From the sequence record NC_070956.1: DNA of 64,000 nucleotides, one strand, 5' to 3'. The notes under the pieces were generated by a model. That model ran no database searches, was not told the DNA's origin, and saw only the letters and a program-made list of their open reading frames with translations. Below are positions 1-9,826 of this stretch, piece after piece (within the stretch, counting starts at the first letter, position 1; every line of letters starts with the position of its first letter). The position numbers and the translations under genes were made by a program.

Positions 1-135
1 CTGGGTAACTGTATGAACGCGATCGCAAGAGCAATGGCACATCCCATGGGTTCGGGTGCCAAACACCCTGACGACATGTTCCCAATGACCGTAGACGGTC
101 AAACCACTCCCTACCGTCACAACTCAGGACGTTAA
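1..135 (+). CDS. 3' end of a truncated hypothetical protein (...PMTVDGQTTPYRHNSGR*)
   Basis: Frame 1 is open from the window edge to TAA at 133-135; the next ORF starts at 138. Confidence 0.5.
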   Translation: MGNCMNAIARAMAHPMGSGAKHPDDMFPMTVDGQTTPYRHNSGR

Positions 136-137
136 CA

Positions 138-350
138 ATGTATCACTTACTCGCGCAACAAAACAACCCGCAACGCCCATTCATCGTAACTGCTCTCAAT
201 ACATCCAGGGAGTTACTGGAGTTTGAAGGACTGTCTTACGACATTGATCATGTGCTCCCCGGGGTTCTTGCACAAATGGATATTAAGGATGAAGAACGAA
301 ATAAAGCGTTAGAATTTCACCAGCGTATCCGGTTACTCGGTAAAATTTAA
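138..350 (+). CDS. hypothetical protein (70 aa)
   Basis: ORF abuts the upstream stop and is followed by a terminator hairpin. Confidence 0.6.
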   Translation: MYHLLAQQNNPQRPFIVTALNTSRELLEFEGLSYDIDHVLPGVLAQMDIKDEERNKALEFHQRIRLLGKI

Positions 351-362
351 AAAGACAGCAAA

Positions 363-393
363 AGAGCTAGTCACCCATTGGGTGACTAGCTCT
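363..393. terminator. bidirectional intrinsic terminator between convergent genes
   Basis: AGAGCTAGTCACCCA-T-TGGGTGACTAGCTCT inverted repeat with an A-run on the left and a T-rich tract on the right. Confidence 0.8.
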
Positions 394-417
394 AGTTATA
401 TTACTGTTTTTTTTTGG

Positions 418-1320
418 TTAACCGACGTAGTCAGGACGTACGATGGTGCGCTTCTCAGCGTTCATCATTTCCTGAATACCGTTATCCTTGAGACCTTGCA
501 GGGTCGCAGTCTGGGTCTTGAAGCCGGCAGGAGCATCACGACCAGCAGGGTTGTAAAGCGGCATACGTTGGAGCATGGCTTTTGCAATCTGCTTGGCAGC
601 GTAGGTGTCGAATTCGATCAGACCGGTGAACTCGGTGTTAACTTCACGAACACGACCAGCAGTCTGATCGATATCGAAGGACATCTCGATGGAAGGGGTT
701 TCCTTCGGCATCTGTGCCAACACCAGGGCGGCGTGACGGATTTCCTTGAAGTTACGGGTCGGTTCGAAGTAGATCGAAGCCATGGAGATTTCATCCAGCA
801 GCAGATCACCCGGATAGTTAAGAGTGATTGCTTTGGGGTGCAGGATGGTCGGATCCATGATCAGGTATTCGGACCAAACTTGCATCAGCTTGGAGAAGGA
901 CTCGCCTTCCGGATCCAGGGCGTTGTGACTGATCGCACCGAACTGGCGTTGTGCACCGGTCGGGAAGGACAGCTGGGCGCCACCGGCCCAAGTGATGTCG
1001 TGGTAGTCGAGGGAAGTACGAGCGGTCAGACCGCTCCAGTTACGACTACGGGTTTCCATGTATGCGCGCAGCAGACCGTGGAACTGACGACCGCCAGGGA
1101 TGTGGTCGAAACCAGCCGGGGTTGACAGTACAACACAGTACGGACGCTGGGACACATACGGTTGCTCTTCGACATAGCGGTAGTTGTTCGGCGCGTAGCC
1201 GTACTGACCACCATGTGCGGCGTTGATCACGGGAGCGTTGCCTACGTTAAAGGCGCGATGGAATTCGCTGTTCCCGGGAAGCAAGGTCTTATTATCACGG
1301 TGCGGATAATTAGTTGCCAT
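418..1320 (-). CDS. tail tube protein (phiKZ gp30-like)
   Basis: 300 aa, directly downstream of the sheath-sized gene; synteny with the phiKZ gp29/gp30 pair. Confidence 0.7.
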   Translation of the reverse strand: MATNYPHRDNKTLLPGNSEFHRAFNVGNAPVINAAHGGQYGYAPNNYRYVEEQPYVSQRPYCVVLSTPAGFDHIPGGRQFHGLLRAYMETRSRNWSGLTARTSLDYHDITWAGGAQLSFPTGAQRQFGAISHNALDPEGESFSKLMQVWSEYLIMDPTILHPKAITLNYPGDLLLDEISMASIYFEPTRNFKEIRHAALVLAQMPKETPSIEMSFDIDQTAGRVREVNTEFTGLIEFDTYAAKQIAKAMLQRMPLYNPAGRDAPAGFKTQTATLQGLKDNGIQEMMNAEKRTIVRPDYVG

Positions 1321-1332
1321 TTTCTACATTCC

Positions 1333-3534
1333 TTACTGGGTAGCCAGTGAATCTTCGTTGTACGCTTCCAGTGTGGAGTCCATCATGTACACACCCTTGG
1401 AGAACCAGAGGCGGGTAGTGGTGAACATCACAGACTTGGCGTTCGGACTGTCTTCACGGAAAGTCGGGTCAACAGAGTAGTTGACGATGACAGCACCGAG
1501 TTGCTCACGGATGCGAGCTTCGGCGGCGTCCTTCAGACGAGCGATGTAACCTTCCCGGCGGAGCTGGGTGTTACCAGAGATCTTGATCCATTCGTCTTGG
1601 AGGATCTTCTCAACGCAGATACAGGCCCATACGTTGGGGAGGTCTTTCAGAACGGATTCGGTGCTGTTGTACACAGTCGGCAATGCCGGGCGGCAGAACT
1701 GAGAGGTGTTCAACGGAGTGACCGTGATGGAACCCTGGATCAGGTTGTTCGCTGCGGGATCGTCATCTTCGAACTGTACCAGCGGATCGTGCATTACACG
1801 GAGAGTACGGTTACCCTCGTTATCCGGCATCAGGTTCGCGTAAACCTTACCATCTTCACCACCGCCCGCGATAGCGAATGCGTACATGGTTTCGATGTTC
1901 AGGGAGAACTGACTGAAGGTCGGTTCGTCGATAACACGACCGGTCCACAGGTTGATGGCCGAACGGCAAGCATGAGACTGGAAGGTCTCGCTTTCCGGGA
2001 TCATGGCGATCTTGGTGTGGAGTGCTTCACGAGTGGAGTACAATTGCTCTTGGCTCTTGTTCACCAGGTACTCGGTAGCACACGGTACGACGATGATGTC
2101 TTTACGCTTGCCCAGGAAACTGATCATCAGATCTTTGATCACGTCGTTGTAACCGAGGTCCCACATAAAGGAGGTACGGTTACGGATCACGTCTTTGACA
2201 TCCAGGGAACCACGGTAACTGGTCAGGTAGCCTTCGATCAGGATCTGGTTCATAGCCCAGAACTGTTTGTGGCTTACCAGCTCGTCGGTACCGGATTTGG
2301 TAACCCAGGGACCATCGACTGCTTCGATCCAGCTATCCGGAGCGGCAGGGTAGTCACCATTAGCGAGAGCGTACGGGTCAACACCACCAGAAGCCTGGAA
2401 GTAGTGGTTCATGCTCACACGAGAAACGTCCAGCTTATCGCCAGGGAATTTCGTGTTCCCGCCGAACACAACGTGATGATACGGATTACCGTTATGATCG
2501 ACGAAGGAGAACGGGTTCATGATTGCACGAACCGGGAGCTTGTTGCTCAGGACTTCAGGGGCGACGCCCACACCATCAACATACTCGGCTTTGTACAGGG
2601 CTGCACAAACGGTATCGATGTTGGTGTTGTAAACAAATGCGTCGGTAAACGGAGCAGGGCGCTCTTGTACCGGACGGTTTACATCACGACCGGTGAAACG
2701 GTCCAGGGCCACTTGGACGCCATAGCGGACATTGTTGTTGTCGGCCATGTTGTACAGAGTGAACTGTGCATCCGGGGTACCGGAAACAGTAGTAGCCGGA
2801 ATACGCATCCCGTTATCCAGACGCTCACCGATGTTCATGACAAACGGGAAAGCACCGTAGGTGATAACGAAGCGTGCCACTTCGGTCCAGTCAGTAAAGC
2901 TGGGGTTACCGAACGCAGCATACATTGCGTTATAGGCATCGCCCACACCACCTACCAGTTCGAACAGAGGGTAGAACTTACCCTTGGCGTCATCGGGGAG
3001 GGTCCCGCCGGTAACTGCGTTCACTTCGAAACTGTTGGCTTTGCCGACAGGGGTGTCGGGACTGGCTTTCAGGATCGCGGGGAAACCAACCACACCTTTT
3101 ACGGTAGGGGTCGTTTTGTCGACAAGCGGCTTACCGGCATCGTCGAACTCGTAACCGCCAGCGGCGTTACGTACGTAGTTAGGTACATCCTGTCCTTCGA
3201 ACAGAATAACACCCATGATCACCCGAGCGTGCTCTTCGTTAGCCGTCAGACGACGGAAGCTGAAGGATGCTTGACCGGCTTTACCCAGGACACCGATGGC
3301 TACTGCAACAGGGTTGTAGTAGGGACCGTTCGGGTCTTGGATATCACCGAACTTCTCGGAGAAACCGGACATAGCAACAGTTGCACGACCGATGGGACCA
3401 CGAGGAGTTACGCAGGCGAAGTCAGGGAAGTGAGCGGGAGAAGAGATGATCGGATTGGTCGGCGTCAGGTTTTCACGACTGACGATACCGTTCTGATGGA
3501 CCTTCCCCGGTACCAATTTGGTAGTAGTACTCAT
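1333..3534 (-). CDS. contractile tail sheath protein (phiKZ gp29-like)
   Basis: 733 aa, transcribed divergently from the gp28-27-26-terminase run as in phiKZ-like phages; sheath-like C-terminus (LPTVYNSTESVL...CICVEKI); highly expressed codon bias. Confidence 0.8.
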   Translation of the reverse strand: MSTTTKLVPGKVHQNGIVSRENLTPTNPIISSPAHFPDFACVTPRGPIGRATVAMSGFSEKFGDIQDPNGPYYNPVAVAIGVLGKAGQASFSFRRLTANEEHARVIMGVILFEGQDVPNYVRNAAGGYEFDDAGKPLVDKTTPTVKGVVGFPAILKASPDTPVGKANSFEVNAVTGGTLPDDAKGKFYPLFELVGGVGDAYNAMYAAFGNPSFTDWTEVARFVITYGAFPFVMNIGERLDNGMRIPATTVSGTPDAQFTLYNMADNNNVRYGVQVALDRFTGRDVNRPVQERPAPFTDAFVYNTNIDTVCAALYKAEYVDGVGVAPEVLSNKLPVRAIMNPFSFVDHNGNPYHHVVFGGNTKFPGDKLDVSRVSMNHYFQASGGVDPYALANGDYPAAPDSWIEAVDGPWVTKSGTDELVSHKQFWAMNQILIEGYLTSYRGSLDVKDVIRNRTSFMWDLGYNDVIKDLMISFLGKRKDIIVVPCATEYLVNKSQEQLYSTREALHTKIAMIPESETFQSHACRSAINLWTGRVIDEPTFSQFSLNIETMYAFAIAGGGEDGKVYANLMPDNEGNRTLRVMHDPLVQFEDDDPAANNLIQGSITVTPLNTSQFCRPALPTVYNSTESVLKDLPNVWACICVEKILQDEWIKISGNTQLRREGYIARLKDAAEARIREQLGAVIVNYSVDPTFREDSPNAKSVMFTTTRLWFSKGVYMMDSTLEAYNEDSLATQ

Positions 3535-3650
3535 AAGGAATTGACTCCGGAAATATTGGAAGTTTTTTGATCAAAAAACTCAATCGTATGACCTTACGGC
3601 CACTTGATTACTGACGTTAACACGCATAACATTAATTTGGAACTGAAACT

Positions 3651-4526
3651 ATGATCTTAAATGGTTACGATACCACTGTTGGTACTCGTTTTAAAGTAAA
3701 AGATAAGGTTACGGAAACACTCCGTGCCTTGCAAAGTTCCGACCGACTCGAACTTGTTGAGAACCGTGGTGTGTACGCCATTACTCACAAGAACGACTTC
3801 GGTCTTCCTCCTTTTATTTTCCCGATGTCTATCCAGAACTACATGCGCAAGCCTGTAACCGTATTTGATCAACGGGGGTACATCAACCGCGAAGGACGCA
3901 ATATCAACATCCCGGAGTATAACGTAATGCTCCTGGCTGCGTGTTTACAGCAAGACCTTCAACTGGGTAACAAAACACTTATTAAGAGTGTGCGTCCCTT
4001 CACTGTCAAAGCATTCGCCAATGCCATGGGTCGGAAGCTGGAACGGACCGTTGCAATGGACATGACCCAGAAGCGGATCCTCCGGACCATCCTGGCTTAC
4101 TACTACGTTTGTCTGATGGAAGATCCCAATGTGGATTACAAGTTCATCGCTCAGAACGTAATAAAGGCAGCGTTGCGTTATGACATCAATGATGTTCGTG
4201 AAGTGATCGACGAGTTGGGTTACGTGGGGACACTCCCTGACCTGTTGTCCGCCATCGTTAACCATCCTTCCCTGTTCGCTCTGAAGAACCTGGACATGGC
4301 TGGTTTGGTTGGTGTTGCTGGAACGATCTTCTTCAGTACGTCCGGGTTCAAGTTCATCGTCAGCGCCGCTATCGAACTTCCGACCCTGTTCACTGCAATG
4401 TGCTGGGGTGCTGCTAGTCAACGCATTTACCAGAACACTACTCTGGGTGAAGAGCTCAACGTCAAACAAGATAAGAACGTTGAAACCTTCATTAAACAAG
4501 TAGGTTACTATTTCCAATCGGTATAA
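3651..4526 (+). CDS. virion structural protein (phiKZ gp28-like)
   Basis: 291 aa; position between sheath and terminase (synteny only). Confidence 0.55.
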   Translation: MILNGYDTTVGTRFKVKDKVTETLRALQSSDRLELVENRGVYAITHKNDFGLPPFIFPMSIQNYMRKPVTVFDQRGYINREGRNINIPEYNVMLLAACLQQDLQLGNKTLIKSVRPFTVKAFANAMGRKLERTVAMDMTQKRILRTILAYYYVCLMEDPNVDYKFIAQNVIKAALRYDINDVREVIDELGYVGTLPDLLSAIVNHPSLFALKNLDMAGLVGVAGTIFFSTSGFKFIVSAAIELPTLFTAMCWGAASQRIYQNTTLGEELNVKQDKNVETFIKQVGYYFQSV

Positions 4527-4542
4527 CTTTTGGAGTTATTAA

Positions 4543-7500
4543 ATGGCTGATCAAACCGCCAAGTTCCAACTGGAACGGGCTCGCTCATTTGTGAGTGGTT
4601 CTGATCTGTCTGTGACCTTCAATATCATCCCAGCAACGCCTGATGAAAAGGCGTTGCTGGCACATGTCGAAGATCTGGACAAGGTTACGAACACCGTAGG
4701 TTCCACAAGGACACCAACCAGCCAGAAGTTTGACTCTGCTAAACAGACAATCTCTTTTATCATCCCTGTTGTTCGCAGTGATGCCAAGAACATGACGTAC
4801 ATCTTTATTGGTGACGTTACTATCGATGGCGTTCGCTATCCTTACAACTACTCATTGACAATTGAACCGGTCGATGTGGAAGTAAACAAACTGTTCGATG
4901 ATGGGATCGACATGGTGTTTGAGTTCGGTTACACCGTGCACAACACTAAGCTCCCAGTCACCATCCCTGGCGTAGTGACTCTCAATGAGGGTAGCTATGT
5001 AAAGGAAGGGGCCGAACTTCGTAAGGTATCCGAGACAACTGCCGCTGGGGTGGCATTGTATCGAGTAGAGATTGAGCTGTTCCAGGTCAAACATCCCAGG
5101 TTGTTTATCAAGGGCTCTGTTGCCTTTGAATACCCCGAATACACAATCTATGTTCCCTTTGAGAAATGGCAAGATGAAAACATCGCTTGGGAAAGTTACC
5201 CCCGACCGCTTGTTGACTATGCCAAGAAACATATGTGGGGACACCGTGAGCTGGATAACAACTACCAACTTAAGTTGGGACGTGTTTCACCAGCCAACGG
5301 GTTAATCAATAACTTTTTCTTTGCTGGTAAAACTTTCCTTCTTCCTGGTCCTAGTCACTTCTACCATGTCTTTAGCATGGGTGGGTTTGACATCAACTTC
5401 TGGAACATGGGGCAAAGGAAATTAGACTGGTGGCCTTTCAACACATGGAAGACACTGTCTGAGATTTCCAACCAGCGTGGTACCAGCCTCGACGTCTATA
5501 ATGGCCGTGGTCGGATGTTCCCTCGTGGTGATGTTTGGATGTTGAACACTTATCAGGGTGTGACGTTCATAGCAATGCCGGTGACCCAGATGTACCCTAT
5601 CCCCATGGATAAGAACATGTACATCCGGTGCTACACGTCGGATATTAATACCGCGACCATCTCCGAGGAAGAACAAACCAAATATCGGTTTGGCTATGCG
5701 TTCAGGGAATATTCCGATCCCGCTGATTTTACTTACATCACCGAACAGTACAGCATGTACAACAGTTTCAATACTGGCCGTGTTCAATTCTTCTTGAACG
5801 GGGTGGTGAGTGACATCAGTAAATATGTCAGGGTTAGTGGAGACCTCTTGGAGGTAGCGTACGACCCGACGATTGGTCAGACTCATACGTACAAGTTCAA
5901 AGACTTGGCCGATTTCTATTCGGTAATGGATGAGAAACGTAAACTGATCATCTTCCCTGGTGATTTGTCAAAACCTCGGTACTACAAGTATCATAACGAT
6001 ATCGATGTCTACGTTGTCAACCGTCGTACCAAACAAGCATTGTATTACCATCGTAACAAGGTGGATGCCATTCGTCAGCTTACGCATCATGACTTCGCAC
6101 TGGCCGCTGGCTATGTGGAATTCTTGATCAGTGAACTGATGAACATGGATAGTACAAAGCGTACTACGGTCAATGACATCGACATCCAGATCTATCATCG
6201 GGAAACCAAGTGGAAGTTCGAATTGGGTCCGACTTCAAGTCGTATCAACGACTTGTATCTCCTGGAGGATCCAGAAAAGATTCTTGGGGCGATGACTGGT
6301 GCACAGAGTACAGTTAAGGAATGGTCTGCTCCGGAGTTGGAAAAGGGTGCGACGAACTTTGTTCTGAATGCCATCCTTCAAGAGCTCTCTACAACGACTG
6401 TGCGTGAGGGTCTTGGATATAACGGTTGCTCTGTTGCACTGAGCGCATCTCCGTTGTATATGCCGTATATCACTCCGGGTGATCCTGGTTTTGAAGATGT
6501 CTTCCCGACACCTCCTTATGAAACCGGTCTGGGTTATCGTATCCCTGCGAGTTATGTTGAATCATCTACCGCGTACGAGTACGACAAGAACGGTCTGTAT
6601 ATTCGTAAGGTAGGGGTGATCAAGTCCGGGTGGTATAAGCCCGGTCCTGACTGTTACTATGTCGAGTTCGTGGTTGGACAAGCCTCCACATGGTTGGACT
6701 GTGCAATCAGCAGAACAGACGTGAAACTCAGACCTGGGTTTGGGTTCAGAGTCTATACAGCCGGATGGCTGATTGATCCTGACGATCCGGAAGTGCCCGA
6801 CAACTCACTCTTCAAGAAAGAGTTTAACATCACTGCTGACGGTAAAGAGATCTATCCTGAACCTTATGAGATCAAAATCTATGGTGATGGAGAGAATACC
6901 GCTCCTGACCTCGAGATCGTCACCAGCGGTGGTCGACCAGATGGTAAGTGGGTGGATGTCACCGGAACTGATGAGTATCGGATAGTGAATGGATATATTT
7001 CCTGGAACTTCGACACTCGGAACAAAGTGGGTATGGTGATCTTTGACACCGTTCATTTGTTCAATCAGTTTGAACTGTATCACATCGATAACAGTATCAG
7101 TTTCCAGATCATGCACACCTGGGATATCGGTGGTCTTCCATTACCGATTGAACCCGGTCAGATTGATCTGTGGATCAACGGACATCCTGCGATTGAAAAT
7201 GTCGATTACGTACTTGACTTCCCCAACGTTTACGTTATCAGCAAAATGTGGCTGAAGGAGGGCGGGCGTAACACATTCGCTTATCGCGGTCGTGGTCTTT
7301 CTGGTAAAGGACTGATTCCTTCTAGCGAGTTGGGTTTTGTCTACGACGGTGTGTTGGGCATCAATGGTCGGTACAACCTGCGTATCGATCGTCCTACCAA
7401 GACAATCATTAATGGTCGGTTGTATCTTACTGAAGCACTGGACTGGTCCGAGGATATTAACCACGGTCAAAACGTCGGTGCGCTGAACGGGATGCCTTAT

Positions 7501-7992
7501 GAGGTCAAGCATATCTACTGCGATAATAAGTATGTAGAACAGTTCGATCTTCATTGGGGCTTTGATGCAGCTCGTGAGCTGGATCAACGGATCAGTGATT
7601 ACCTCACTGTTAACGCCGATTACAAACAGAATCTCCCTGTGGACTATCCCTATCTGGAAGAGGACCGTTATCGGTTATTCAGTCCGTTCATGAACCAACT
7701 TGCCAACGAAATGCAACTCGGTTTCTTGACAGTTCCCGCTCCTACCGAGACAGAGATTGGTTATAGTGATCAAGCGATCGACGATATCACTCGTCCTTAT
7801 CAATGGTTGCTGAAATACGATCCCTCTCAAATGGATCTGGATCTGAGGTATTTCATGATCCACCCGTACAGTAATCTTCAGCGGATTACAGTCACTCCCA
7901 ATCAGTTGACCGTACTCTCCAGGGTCAATGACCTGTATCTTAAAGGGAAACTTCGTATTGAAGGCTTCTTCGAGGTAAAACACGATGTTTAG
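4543..7992 (+). CDS. large virion structural/baseplate-region protein (phiKZ gp27-like)
   Basis: 1149 aa, SD GGAG upstream; synteny in the sheath-terminase module. Confidence 0.55.
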   Translation: MADQTAKFQLERARSFVSGSDLSVTFNIIPATPDEKALLAHVEDLDKVTNTVGSTRTPTSQKFDSAKQTISFIIPVVRSDAKNMTYIFIGDVTIDGVRYPYNYSLTIEPVDVEVNKLFDDGIDMVFEFGYTVHNTKLPVTIPGVVTLNEGSYVKEGAELRKVSETTAAGVALYRVEIELFQVKHPRLFIKGSVAFEYPEYTIYVPFEKWQDENIAWESYPRPLVDYAKKHMWGHRELDNNYQLKLGRVSPANGLINNFFFAGKTFLLPGPSHFYHVFSMGGFDINFWNMGQRKLDWWPFNTWKTLSEISNQRGTSLDVYNGRGRMFPRGDVWMLNTYQGVTFIAMPVTQMYPIPMDKNMYIRCYTSDINTATISEEEQTKYRFGYAFREYSDPADFTYITEQYSMYNSFNTGRVQFFLNGVVSDISKYVRVSGDLLEVAYDPTIGQTHTYKFKDLADFYSVMDEKRKLIIFPGDLSKPRYYKYHNDIDVYVVNRRTKQALYYHRNKVDAIRQLTHHDFALAAGYVEFLISELMNMDSTKRTTVNDIDIQIYHRETKWKFELGPTSSRINDLYLLEDPEKILGAMTGAQSTVKEWSAPELEKGATNFVLNAILQELSTTTVREGLGYNGCSVALSASPLYMPYITPGDPGFEDVFPTPPYETGLGYRIPASYVESSTAYEYDKNGLYIRKVGVIKSGWYKPGPDCYYVEFVVGQASTWLDCAISRTDVKLRPGFGFRVYTAGWLIDPDDPEVPDNSLFKKEFNITADGKEIYPEPYEIKIYGDGENTAPDLEIVTSGGRPDGKWVDVTGTDEYRIVNGYISWNFDTRNKVGMVIFDTVHLFNQFELYHIDNSISFQIMHTWDIGGLPLPIEPGQIDLWINGHPAIENVDYVLDFPNVYVISKMWLKEGGRNTFAYRGRGLSGKGLIPSSELGFVYDGVLGINGRYNLRIDRPTKTIINGRLYLTEALDWSEDINHGQNVGALNGMPYEVKHIYCDNKYVEQFDLHWGFDAARELDQRISDYLTVNADYKQNLPVDYPYLEEDRYRLFSPFMNQLANEMQLGFLTVPAPTETEIGYSDQAIDDITRPYQWLLKYDPSQMDLDLRYFMIHPYSNLQRITVTPNQLTVLSRVNDLYLKGKLRIEGFFEVKHDV

Positions 7993-9727
7993 TAACGCAC
8001 CTAAAGCCACCAGTAATGACGGTGGTGTCGTTCCGGGTAACAAACCCAGCATCGGTAATAATGACGGTCGCAAGGCCGTCCATTATATCGAGCAAATTTT
8101 CGATCCCGATATTCACCCCATCGAGCTGATGTCCAAGTACATCGTTCCTGAAGAGGGTGAACTCGTAGTAGACATGCCGAACCATGTTTTCTACGAGGTA
8201 GAACATGTGGATCGTCACGCCACTTGGAAAACGACCCTTGGTCCTTGGAACCCGATTCCCGAGGCCAGTGGTAATGACTACACCCTGTTCCCGAAACACG
8301 AATACGGTTTCTTGCAGGGTGAAATGGCACTGATGATCGATTACAGTGTCCGTCCTCCTGTGGCTCGGGTCGATGCAAACTGTGTCGCTCCTAATGCAGC
8401 ATACGCTCATCTCTATAACGGTGATGTGTTCCAGGATACTGACATTATTTCAGCCACTTATTCTGGTGTTGATTTTATCGACAACAAAATCCCGGTATCT
8501 CCGGTTGTTCTCGATAACTTCGAAAACCTCACCATCATGGGTGCGAATACGTTCTCTGTCCAACGAAGTGATAAGGAACTCCCTAACGGTTCACGGTGTA
8601 GCCTGATCTTCAAGGATCAAGCGGGTCGACCGATCCCACCCATCTATCCGTTGGCTGTTCAGCACTGCTCTCATCTCCGTGACCATGAGCTGGGTACCCG
8701 CTACGTTAAGAGCATTGAACTCATCTCTCCATGGTTCACCAACACGTCTAATCCGAAGACCCTGTTTATCAGGATCAACGTATTGCTGAAGACGGTTGAG
8801 TTCCGTGCACGAGTTCACTACTCCGATGGTACTTCTTCTGATCCGGTTCCTGTGAATACCTTCAACGGTAATAACGGGTTCAAGCTCTTGGGTCTGGACC
8901 AGTGGAAACCGACCGTACCTGGCCAGTCTTCTGACAGCCTGGTTCTGACGTATGCGTTCGCTGAGCACGAGCAGGCTTACATGGCCCAACCTGGTCAGCC
9001 TCGTCACATGTCCGAGAAGTACACCATCGTTGCTGTCCCGGGTGAGGGCACGTACACTCCGCGTATCTACTCCTACCCGTATTGGGATAACATGAACGGT
9101 TGGAAGTTGAAACACTTCCTGACTGACCTGGATCGCAAGTACTGTCGTGACGTCACTGACATTGTCACACTGAACGAATCCAGTCCTGCGTTTGATGGTC
9201 GTAAGTATGGTGAAGAGCAGAACTTGATCTTTAACCTGAACATGCGTGACGTTTCCGCTAGCTATGAACCCTGGTCGTTCATGCAACATACCTCTCCAAC
9301 GTTGTACAACGATGCAACAGCGGAAGGACGTAAGTGGGATGTTCGTCACTCTCGGGGCAAGCCACCGTTCGTGTCGATGACTGTTGAGTACATTGCTCAA
9401 GCTGGTGGTGGTGTTAAGGCCAAGTTCGCCGGGATTGCCAATGACAAAGAGTTCCTTGATAAAGGTTACTGGGCATTCGATCCTCTTATGGATCCGCTCA
9501 CTGAAATCAAGGCTCCGACACCGACCCACTTCGATCTCGTTCGGGTCAATGGTTCTGTTCGGACCGGTATTCCTATTGCTGGCTGGAAAGAACTTCCCAT
9601 CGATGCGTTCAGTCTCACTCCGGGTGAAGGTCTCTTCATTCGTTGGGTACGTCGTGAATCCGATGGCAATGAACTCCAACTCGGTGTTTCTGCTGCTGTC
9701 AGTAAGAAAGTCTCTGTGTTCTCATAA
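7985..9727 (+). CDS. virion structural protein (phiKZ gp26-like)
   Basis: 580 aa, overlaps the upstream stop and lies immediately before terminase; synteny. Confidence 0.55.
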   Translation: MFSNAPKATSNDGGVVPGNKPSIGNNDGRKAVHYIEQIFDPDIHPIELMSKYIVPEEGELVVDMPNHVFYEVEHVDRHATWKTTLGPWNPIPEASGNDYTLFPKHEYGFLQGEMALMIDYSVRPPVARVDANCVAPNAAYAHLYNGDVFQDTDIISATYSGVDFIDNKIPVSPVVLDNFENLTIMGANTFSVQRSDKELPNGSRCSLIFKDQAGRPIPPIYPLAVQHCSHLRDHELGTRYVKSIELISPWFTNTSNPKTLFIRINVLLKTVEFRARVHYSDGTSSDPVPVNTFNGNNGFKLLGLDQWKPTVPGQSSDSLVLTYAFAEHEQAYMAQPGQPRHMSEKYTIVAVPGEGTYTPRIYSYPYWDNMNGWKLKHFLTDLDRKYCRDVTDIVTLNESSPAFDGRKYGEEQNLIFNLNMRDVSASYEPWSFMQHTSPTLYNDATAEGRKWDVRHSRGKPPFVSMTVEYIAQAGGGVKAKFAGIANDKEFLDKGYWAFDPLMDPLTEIKAPTPTHFDLVRVNGSVRTGIPIAGWKELPIDAFSLTPGEGLFIRWVRRESDGNELQLGVSAAVSKKVSVFS

Positions 9728-9733
9728 CAAACT

Positions 9734-9761
9734 AGAGGAAGGACCTTTCGGTCCTTCCTCT
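9734..9761 (+). terminator. intrinsic terminator hairpin
   Basis: AGAGGAAGGACC-TTTC-GGTCCTTCCTCT followed by ATATTT. Confidence 0.75.
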
Positions 9762-9826
9762 ATATTTATGTCCTGTTCTGCCTGACTAGCTGAATCCTAT
9801 GTATCCACTATAACAGGTATAACTTT

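Noticed and set aside
1501-3570. 689-aa + strand ORF antisense to the tail sheath (and 382-1125 antisense to the tube)
   Set aside because: Shadow ORFs from the strong codon bias of highly expressed genes; no SD, unnatural composition
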